A program made the translations under genes and the position numbers. Below the pieces are notes generated by a model. That model saw only the letters and a program-made list of their open reading frames with translations, was not told the DNA's origin and searched no databases. Below, piece by piece: positions 28,863-35,518 of a stretch of DNA of 35,518 nucleotides (its first letter is position 1; each line of letters starts with the position of its first letter). Source of the DNA: Candidatus Thorarchaeota archaeon (GTDB lineage Archaea > Asgardarchaeota > Thorarchaeia > Thorarchaeales > Thorarchaeaceae); NCBI GenBank assembly GCA_048882385.1, contig JBHLRQ010000025.1, forward strand, positions 1 to 35,518, given 5' to 3'.

Positions 28863-30242
28863 ATGAGCGCTGAAGGCGCAATTCCACCCCGTATTAGGGA
28901 TGCATTAGACTCAGCTGATGGCTACGTTTTGGTAGTTACAGGTAGACCTGGAACAGGTAAGACTCTATTTGTACATGAGGTCTTCAGACAATTCAAGGAT
29001 TCGTTGCTTATTCTTTCAAACGCTGAAGCAACAGCCGCTGCAGAAGAGGAATTATCATCGCTACCTCGTTGGTCTGAAAGACATGCCGTAGCTCACTATT
29101 GGAGAACAATGGATGATTCTGAAATTCACGAAGCCAATCTTCATGAGCAACTGTCACGATTACTTGGCGGCGCATCCCTGAAAGAAGACCATTCAGTTGC
29201 TATTATCGACTCTTGGTCAGACTTTATCATGCCAATTCGCTCAGAAATGCAGTATGAAATTCAACAATCATTGATATTCGCAGCTAGGAAAGAAGGTAAG
29301 AATCTTGTTCTCGTAACAGAGGGAGATTGGGAAGAGAGCTACCAACGACCACTGTATCACTCTGCAGATGCAATCGTTCGACTAAGAAAGCTGAGAAAAG
29401 ATCAGCGACTTTACCGCCAGTTGACTATTGAGAAGATGAGAACACTGCCTATTGAACAGGATTCTTTCCTGTTTACTTTGAACAAAGGTCGATTCACGTA
29501 CATTCCATGGTATGTGCATCAGTTTCCTCCAATAACAGTGGAGCGAGAATCAATCAAAGATCCATCAAACTCACGAATATCCTCAGGAAACAGGAGTCTG
29601 GATATGATTCTTGGAGGAGGATTTGAGAAGGGTAAACTCAGTCTGATTGAAGTGGAAAATCTAGCAGCGCCATATCTGGAAACAATCTATATTCCTTTTC
29701 TCTCAAATCAACTCCAATTGGGTCGACCTGCTGTAATTCTTCTACCGGAAGGTTGGTCTCCTGATCAATTCATGCAGGGACTCAGTCATTTCATTGATCC
29801 AAAGCTAATACAACAACAAGTAGTATTCTTTGGTAGACATGCATTGGGTGCGAGAAATGTACGTACAATTGATGATGATCCCTGGAAAACACTCCAAGAG
29901 ATTCGTTATGAAGGAACACAATTAGAACGTGAGTTTGACACGCAAGTAACTGAACTATTTGCACTTGATACACTAGAAAACAAATACGGTATAACTGACC
30001 TTAAGGGAATGATGGCTGAGATTACCGCATCACTACCAGCCACTTCAAGAGCAACAGTCACAATTTTGAGCCAAGAACAAGGCTTGAAAAGTGGTTCTCT
30101 TGCTCATAGTGTACATCTGAGAGTGCAAGAGCTGAGTGGTGTACTGAGTGTGTGTGGTGTAAATCCTAAAACTAACTACCTTGCTGTGCGACCCTTACTA
30201 TCCAAGGGTTTTCTTGACTATGATTTAGTACCAATAGTATAG
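28863..30242 (+). CDS. GvpD-like double-domain KaiC-family ATPase
   Basis: IPPRI...LVVTGRPGTGKT, IIDSW, ADAIVRL, IEKMR, FLFTLNKGRF; the second RecA domain (RISSGNRSLDMILGGG) lacks Walker A. ATG 28863 preferred over TTG 28782. Confidence 0.85.
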   Translation: MSAEGAIPPRIRDALDSADGYVLVVTGRPGTGKTLFVHEVFRQFKDSLLILSNAEATAAAEEELSSLPRWSERHAVAHYWRTMDDSEIHEANLHEQLSRLLGGASLKEDHSVAIIDSWSDFIMPIRSEMQYEIQQSLIFAARKEGKNLVLVTEGDWEESYQRPLYHSADAIVRLRKLRKDQRLYRQLTIEKMRTLPIEQDSFLFTLNKGRFTYIPWYVHQFPPITVERESIKDPSNSRISSGNRSLDMILGGGFEKGKLSLIEVENLAAPYLETIYIPFLSNQLQLGRPAVILLPEGWSPDQFMQGLSHFIDPKLIQQQVVFFGRHALGARNVRTIDDDPWKTLQEIRYEGTQLEREFDTQVTELFALDTLENKYGITDLKGMMAEITASLPATSRATVTILSQEQGLKSGSLAHSVHLRVQELSGVLSVCGVNPKTNYLAVRPLLSKGFLDYDLVPIV

Positions 30243-30253
30243 AGGTGTGTGAA

Positions 30254-30364
30254 ATGAAGGCTAAGACAAGAGAACTGTGTCCATGGCAAAAGGCTAATCT
30301 CTTGACAGAGTCTGAGTTTCATCCCTACACCCTCTCAAAAATACTACCGCCGGTGGTAAGATGA
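30254..30364 (+). CDS. Putative 36-aa peptide (MKAKTRELCPWQKANLLTESEFHPYTLSKILPPVVR)
   Basis: GAGGTG SD at 30242-30247, ATG 30254, and its TGA overlaps the next start as ATGA (30361-30364). Below the ORF-track cutoff. Confidence 0.45.
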   Translation: MKAKTRELCPWQKANLLTESEFHPYTLSKILPPVVR

Positions 30365-30741
30365 ACACTGACAGCAAAAAAATACTGGTCGTTGACGATG
30401 AGGAGATGACCACTGAACTAGCAAAAACATTCCTGGAAAAACACGGATTTACGGTGGTAATTGCCAAAGATGGAGAAGAAGCACTCAAAATCGCAGAGGA
30501 TGAGGTTCCTGACCTTATTCTCTTAGATGTTATGCTTCCCACAGTTGATGGTTTTGAAGTCTGCAAACAGCTGAAAGCAAAGAACACTTTCAAGAAAACT
30601 CCTATCCTCATGTTTACTGCAAAAGGTCTCAGCAGTGATATGGAAAGAGGAGAGGCGGCTGGCGCAGATGAGTACATTGTGAAACCATTCTCTGGCAAAG
30701 CTTTGGTGGAGACAATTAGAAAACATCTAGAAATAACCTAG
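30361..30741 (+). CDS. Stand-alone response regulator receiver
   Basis: VVDDE, LLDVMLP..DG, FTA, YIVKPFS all intact. Confidence 0.93.
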   Translation: MNTDSKKILVVDDEEMTTELAKTFLEKHGFTVVIAKDGEEALKIAEDEVPDLILLDVMLPTVDGFEVCKQLKAKNTFKKTPILMFTAKGLSSDMERGEAAGADEYIVKPFSGKALVETIRKHLEIT

Positions 30742-30755
30742 CGAGTGTAATCGAA

Positions 30756-31439
30756 ATGTCTGGTGAACCCTCTCAATCTCATGGGTCTCAATTCAGCATA
30801 GTCGACAATCTACTTACTAGACCGCCCAAGGGCTACGTTTTCCTTGTCATGGCTTCGCAGGATAGTCATTATGATCTTTTCATGCTTACTCTCATAAGAC
30901 GTGCTCTTGAGATGGGTTTGAACACTCTTGAAGTTGTTACAGAGGCTCGGAATCGATCATTGATGAATGAGCTCTCACAGATGCAGGGGAATGGATTCAA
31001 GATTATGGAAGTTGGATATGGTCAAGACACCCTAGGTGATTATACTTGCTCTCCGCACCTTCATGAAATCAACATACAGCTGAGAAGTCTACGAAAAGAT
31101 CTCACACCTAATTTGATTACATTTGAAGGATTGACACCCCTGTTGATAGATTTCTCAGCACGAGATGTTGTTCAATTTTTCAAAGAATGTGTTGAAGAGA
31201 GCATAAAGATTGGCTCAAATGAGTTCTACCTAGTCCATGCTGAAACTGCAGATCCTGTAACAATCAATCAGCTATACTCATTGGCACAGGGAATCATTAC
31301 TCTGACCACTTCCCGAGGAAAACACTATCTCACAGTAAAGAAATCAAAAGGTGTGGAGCTTCCTTACAATCCAATTGAATATGTACCAGTCATGTCGAGT
31401 GAAAAAAGATCTGATTGGAAAATCATCTGGAACTGGTAG
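30756..31439 (+). CDS. Inactivated KaiC/RecA-fold protein (DUF835/RAD55-like)
   Basis: Strand order and the motifs ITFEGLTPLL, LAQGIITL and VKKSKG match the KaiC fold; Walker A is replaced by ASQDSHYD. Confidence 0.68.
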   Translation: MSGEPSQSHGSQFSIVDNLLTRPPKGYVFLVMASQDSHYDLFMLTLIRRALEMGLNTLEVVTEARNRSLMNELSQMQGNGFKIMEVGYGQDTLGDYTCSPHLHEINIQLRSLRKDLTPNLITFEGLTPLLIDFSARDVVQFFKECVEESIKIGSNEFYLVHAETADPVTINQLYSLAQGIITLTTSRGKHYLTVKKSKGVELPYNPIEYVPVMSSEKRSDWKIIWNW

Positions 31440-32162
31440 TTAATCCAGGTCTACAACAAACTCCTCTTCTTCTTCTCTATCATCAGAGGATTTTCTTTCT
31501 TTAGGCCGCAGGTGTTGCCCTGAAAACATCCTTTCAAAGAGACGAAGTGCCTCTTGGACAGTCGATGTCCAAGTATCTTCTTCTACAGCATCATCCATTT
31601 TCTGTCTCACTGGATCAAGAAGAGACCGCACTTTCTGACAACTCTCATCATCCCACTGGGCTTCATCCATTATAGTTTCGATTTGCCGTATGATTTGACC
31701 TCTAAGTGATGCAAACCGCATCCTCTCTTCATCTAGATCTGTGAGTCGTTTGTTCACCTTGCCTAACTCTCTGAGAAGTCTTCTAACTGCGGCTACATCT
31801 GGTCTTGCTTCAGGAACAATGAATCCCTGGGGAATAACCAGTCGTCCTGTTTGTCCATGTCTTGTTAGACGCACAACAAAGGCATCTGGAAGGATAGTTG
31901 TAGATAGCCCAAATCTAACATTCAATCTATAATACACTCTATCCGGACCAAGTTCACTCTCACCGTGTTCTCTTTCTACAAGACCTGCTCTCTGAAGCGC
32001 TTCAAGATGTTTGAAAACTCCTCGAGGGGTTAAACCGAGCATTGTACTGAGTTCATAGGGATAGTGTGCTCGTTGAGCAAGAAGTCTAAGTATCCTTCTT
32101 CTTGTTTCGTTGCCTAGAGCTTTGAATACTCTGTCAAGATCACCTGGTCCTTCTTGCGACAT
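31440..32162 (-). CDS. ArsR-type wHTH + coiled-coil regulator resembling the archaeal heat-shock regulator Phr/HSR1 (COG1777)
   Basis: ALGNETRRRILRLL...ELS..LG...V.KHL..L..AGLV...GPDRVYY followed by a coiled coil. Confidence 0.82.
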   Translation of the reverse strand: MSQEGPGDLDRVFKALGNETRRRILRLLAQRAHYPYELSTMLGLTPRGVFKHLEALQRAGLVEREHGESELGPDRVYYRLNVRFGLSTTILPDAFVVRLTRHGQTGRLVIPQGFIVPEARPDVAAVRRLLRELGKVNKRLTDLDEERMRFASLRGQIIRQIETIMDEAQWDDESCQKVRSLLDPVRQKMDDAVEEDTWTSTVQEALRLFERMFSGQHLRPKERKSSDDREEEEEFVVDLD

Positions 32163-32206
32163 CTTGTTCTATCTCTCTTTTCTACGATCCATTTGATACT
32201 GTTGAA

Positions 32207-32344
32207 TCACAAATATTCAACTTTTTCCCAGATTCCATAGAGAAAAACAAGCCATTCCATATAGAGTTCATCTGGTTGCCAGAAATCAATTCCTGAATTC
32301 GATAACCAATCCGGGAAGACTTGTTCTTGTTGGTCTGATTCCAT
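32207..32344 (-). CDS. Small acidic, Trp-rich hypothetical protein (45 aa)
   Basis: ATG 32344 after GGAG; MESDQQEQVFPDWL...EWLVFLYGIWEKVEYL; lies between the operator and the regulator on the same strand. Confidence 0.45.
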   Translation of the reverse strand: MESDQQEQVFPDWLSNSGIDFWQPDELYMEWLVFLYGIWEKVEYL

Positions 32345-32407
32345 TCTATTTTCTCCAATATATCTGCGATGCGATGAATTTCTCCAAATCAATCGAATCC
32401 ATCGAAT

Positions 32408-32431
32408 CTAAGATACCTTTTGGTATCTTAG
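32408..32431. promoter_or_regulatory. Perfect palindromic operator
   Basis: CTAAGATACC-tttt-GGTATCTTAG abutting a minus-strand TATA-like TTTTATG (32438-32432). Confidence 0.6.
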
Positions 32432-32469
32432 CATAAAAGGCTTGTCACATGACCATATTGAATATCTGT

Positions 32470-32784
32470 TTAGGGAGAAAGCTTACTTCGAACAGGAGGG
32501 TTTCGTTGAGTTGATGAATCATCTGAAGGTGATTGTGTTCGATACTTGTCCAGCAGAGTTTCTGATTTGTCATATATGGGGCCTTGACCTGTTAGAAATC
32601 CTGTTGAAACTCCATCCTTAGTTTTGATGACTGGACGCGAAGCTTTCATCATGAGATATCTGAGAAACTCAAGATCTGTCACTTTTCGTCCCATTTTTCG
32701 CTGGTATCTCATTTTTTCCTCTTCCCAGGTCAAAATATCATGTTCTGTGAGTCCTTTGAATAGTTTATTCTTGAGTTCGCCCAT
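32470..32784 (-). CDS. Small hypothetical protein, possible ribbon-helix-helix-like DNA-binding domain
   Basis: KNKLFKGL (strand), helix, then VTDLEFLRYLM helix; disordered tail; GGAG SD. Confidence 0.6.
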   Translation of the reverse strand: MGELKNKLFKGLTEHDILTWEEEKMRYQRKMGRKVTDLEFLRYLMMKASRPVIKTKDGVSTGFLTGQGPIYDKSETLLDKYRTQSPSDDSSTQRNPPVRSKLSP

Positions 32785-32945
32785 TTTTCAGTCTCCAATA
32801 AGTTAACCATTCTAACCAAAATGTATACTATATTCCCTTGTGATACCCAGAGGATACGAGACATAAGTTGACTAGAATAATTATCTTGGAATATTGAAAA
32901 GGTTTGTAAAGAAATGGATCCATATTCCTCAATGAGGAGAATTCA

Positions 32946-33182
32946 ATGGTACAGATTCCACCTGTAGCTCTGCCTGATTTTTGGTTTCAAGTATTCATTT
33001 TGTTTTCTCCATTTGTTTTTATTGGATTCATTGTTGTTTTGATAATCTATAGCTATATTAACCGTGAAACAAGGGAAGACAAGATTTCAAGAAAAAAGGC
33101 AATCCAGAAGAAGAGATATCCTGATTTTAAGATGGACTTAAACAGAAGTTTTCATGAATCTGAACAAGATCAGGACTCATAG
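32946..33182 (+). CDS. Small single-pass membrane protein
   Basis: GAGGAG SD, one long hydrophobic segment followed by a charged tail. Confidence 0.6.
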   Translation: MVQIPPVALPDFWFQVFILFSPFVFIGFIVVLIIYSYINRETREDKISRKKAIQKKRYPDFKMDLNRSFHESEQDQDS

Positions 33183-33372
33183 TTTGGGCAATTTCCTTCC
33201 CAGTCTTTCTATGTCCATCATTCTTGTTTTATTGCTTCGCGACGCTCTTCTCCTGACCGAGGAGCATTTGGATCTCTAGTTTCTCTGATATGGCATGTTT
33301 TAATTACCCGAAAAAGCGTGAAAAGGAAACTAAAAGAACTCAAAAGAAATGGTCAGTCAAAATTCTGACCTA

Positions 33373-34509
33373 TCATCCGTTCTCCTTTTCATTTTCTTGT
33401 TCAGTTTCTTCAACTTCTACTTTAGTAGCCACAACTCCACCTTTGGTTGTAGGTGCTGGAGTGAATGTTGCTTCCGGAGTTTCTAGTCTGGGTTTATGAT
33501 ACAGACTCTCTGATCTGGTCTTTGTGAATTGAGTCACTGCAGTCCAGGTCGCAGACCTGTCTGCTAGTGGGGTCAGCTTCTTGATGCGAAACATTACAAT
33601 TGCTGCCAAGTCGATTAGGATTATGTTCATAGCAAGCAGAGCAAACGACCCGATACTGATTCCGATAAGTGTCGAATTGGCAAATTGTAGACCAAGGACC
33701 ATCATCAAGGCTGCATTGACAGCCGGTGGCATCAGTGCTGCTGATATGGCAACACCGACAAGGCTTGACATATCTCCTTTCGTGACTGAAACAGCCACAG
33801 CAGGACCAGATATTATCGCTACGCCTACATCAATTGGTGAAAAACCACCTCTTCGAGTAATCTCAGTCAGAATTTCATTGCCCCAATTAAGTTCGATTCT
33901 TCCCACGAGACCTGCTGGACCACCAGTATATAGTATTGGTACTAGAAATGCCATTACTATTCCGACTGCAAATGATAGTCCTAACGAGATGAGCTCATTG
34001 ATTGTTCCTTTAACAAACAATTGTCGGTCTCTAACAACATATCCAAGAGCAACCCCCAACATTGGTCCCATCAGTGGTGATAGCAGCATTGAAGCAACAA
34101 TCACTGTGGTGTTGTTCTGTATCAGACCAAATCCCGCCATTGCTGCAGCCAAGATTGAGAAAGCAATGAAGTCAAAGCTCAATGAAGATTGCTTCTTTAC
34201 GTTCTCATAGATTTCTTCGACAGCTAGGGTTGCGTCTCTCTGAATCTTTGTTTCACTGACCTCTTCAACTTCCCTTGGAAGGGATGCCTTCAGATCGAGA
34301 ATGTCAATGAATCCATATTCAACACCTACTCCTCTACTCTTCAGCTTCTCTATAGCCTCACTGGCTTGATCATCTGGGATTCTGAATACCAGTAGGTGAG
34401 CATTGTCAGTGTCTAGTTTTGTAACATTATTGACACCCATTGCATCTATTACAAAATCAAGCACTGCCTCTGTTTTTTCATATGGCACAGTTATTTGCAC
34501 CTGTTTCAC
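33373..34509 (-). CDS. TIGR00341 / DUF389 family membrane protein
   Basis: GLIQNN..VIVASMLLSPLMGP, LVGVAISAALMPP, LLAMNI; N-terminal ferredoxin-like domain. Confidence 0.88.
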   Translation of the reverse strand: MKQVQITVPYEKTEAVLDFVIDAMGVNNVTKLDTDNAHLLVFRIPDDQASEAIEKLKSRGVGVEYGFIDILDLKASLPREVEEVSETKIQRDATLAVEEIYENVKKQSSLSFDFIAFSILAAAMAGFGLIQNNTTVIVASMLLSPLMGPMLGVALGYVVRDRQLFVKGTINELISLGLSFAVGIVMAFLVPILYTGGPAGLVGRIELNWGNEILTEITRRGGFSPIDVGVAIISGPAVAVSVTKGDMSSLVGVAISAALMPPAVNAALMMVLGLQFANSTLIGISIGSFALLAMNIILIDLAAIVMFRIKKLTPLADRSATWTAVTQFTKTRSESLYHKPRLETPEATFTPAPTTKGGVVATKVEVEETEQENEKENG

Positions 34510-34681
34510 AGACGCGCACGGCTCCCATGTTAGTTCCGAAACTTCATTGGAAAGCTATTAAGAGTTTCTGGACAAGCATTTTTTCATTGATTGTAATACC
34601 ACTAATACCATTTTCACAAATTGCGCATATAACACCAAGCTTTTCTTTGACACAGGACTTGAATTTCAAAGAGGAACACGC

Positions 34682-35371
34682 ATGGCAGTCATCGAGGTTC
34701 TTGTTGCATGGTTCGCATTATCTCTCACAGGAGCTCTTGCACCAGGTCCTCTTTCTGCTGCAGTAATTCAACAAGCTAGTAAGCGAGGTCGCCTTCACGG
34801 AATCTTACCCATGGTTGGACATTCGATTGTTGAGCTTGGAATTATGAGTGCGATCATCTTGGGTGTCAATGCCTTGACTCTAACTCCGTTTGTTGTCGAT
34901 ATCATGATGAGTTTTGGTGGATTCATCATCATTATCTTCGGTTTCTTGGCACTTCGTGACTACAAATATGAAGCACTGATACCTGATTCCATTGCAAAAT
35001 CTGAAACCTCCACGTTCACCGCACTCGAGGCTACGACGCAAGGAGCTTTAGTTAGTATCTTCTCCCCATATTTTCTGCTCTGGTGGTTTGGAGCTGGTCT
35101 CTCATTCATCAGTCTACTTCTCGTGGACCTTCAGCTTTCTTTAGGCACGGTCTTCTTTGCTGGCGTTTTGATCTATTTCACACATATTTCGACAGACTTC
35201 ATCTTTGGAGCTTTTCTTTCGGTTGGAGCTACTTATGGAAGTGAAAAAGCTCAGGTTGATTCCAAAGCAGGTCGTCTAAACTTAGTCAATATTGGGATAG
35301 GTCTGTTCCAAGTAGTTCTTGGTCTATCATTTATTGTTTTAGCAATACCTGGCCTTCTATTTGGTTCCTAG
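34682..35371 (+). CDS. LysE-family translocator
   Basis: SLTGALAPGP, GHSIVE, G..VSIFSPYFLLWW; about six TM helices. Confidence 0.88.
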   Translation: MAVIEVLVAWFALSLTGALAPGPLSAAVIQQASKRGRLHGILPMVGHSIVELGIMSAIILGVNALTLTPFVVDIMMSFGGFIIIIFGFLALRDYKYEALIPDSIAKSETSTFTALEATTQGALVSIFSPYFLLWWFGAGLSFISLLLVDLQLSLGTVFFAGVLIYFTHISTDFIFGAFLSVGATYGSEKAQVDSKAGRLNLVNIGIGLFQVVLGLSFIVLAIPGLLFGS

Positions 35372-35437
35372 CATTTGATTAATGGTTTAGGCACAGAACT
35401 CTTTAGGATGACATGATCATCGCCAATAGGTGATTCT

Positions 35438-35518
35438 ATGACTAAGATTCTCATAACCGGATTCGAACCCTTTGATGGATTCACAGTCAACCCCTCAGAA
35501 GAAGTGGTAAAGCGTCTT
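35438..35518 (+). CDS. pcp: Pyrrolidone-carboxylate peptidase (pyroglutamyl peptidase I), N-terminal fragment
   Basis: AGGTGA SD, then MTKILITGFEPFDGFTVNPSEEVVKRL, the family N-terminal signature; truncated by the right edge. Confidence 0.85.
   Translation, partial: MTKILITGFEPFDGFTVNPSEEVVKRL

Noticed and set aside
26197-30242. Circadian clock or gas-vesicle locus
   Set aside because: No kaiA/kaiB, no KaiC with two active domains, and no gvpA or other gvp genes in the window.
33581-34766. Plus-strand ORFs of 209 and 108 aa
   Set aside because: They are antisense to the DUF389 gene or overlap LysE, and have no motifs.
1-35518. CRISPR array, transposase, integrase or prophage genes
   Set aside because: No regularly spaced direct repeats and no recognisable mobile-element proteins were seen.

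Overview
Archaeal genomic DNA of about 40% GC. It is most likely from an Asgard archaeon, and I infer Thorarchaeia from gene content and style (geranylgeranyl reductase, DUF106/EMC3-like insertase, LLM oxidoreductase, GvpD/KaiC ATPases, a Phr-type regulator, many TPR/HEAT proteins, frequent TTG/GTG starts); there is no rRNA marker to confirm this. From left to right: (1) a >1000-aa secreted protein on the minus strand, missed by the ORF track and truncated at the left edge, with Ca-binding DxDxDG repeats and a toxin-like hydrophobic segment; (2) a MacB/LolCDE-type ABC transporter, two TPR proteins and an isoaspartyl peptidase; (3) a redox/nitrosative-stress block (DUF438-hemerythrin-PAS, 4Fe-4S protein, HxlR regulator, LLM oxidoreductase, monothiol thioredoxin, ferritin-like protein, atypical thioredoxin reductase, DUF362) with recurring palindromic operators; (4) long intergenic stretches holding candidate structured RNAs, around DUF106, a small protein, a HEAT protein and GGR; (5) the most notable part, a signalling cluster at 25.4-31.4 kb with no histidine kinase in the window: three stand-alone receiver domains, three KaiC/GvpD-like RecA-fold proteins in different states of decay, a TPR protein with a CX10CX10CX10C tail, and an unannotated 36-aa ORF that appears translationally coupled; (6) a Phr-like heat-shock regulator with a perfect upstream palindrome, DUF389, LysE and a partial pcp. 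I saw no tRNA, rRNA, CRISPR array or transposase. All family calls come from reading motifs by eye; no database searches were run.
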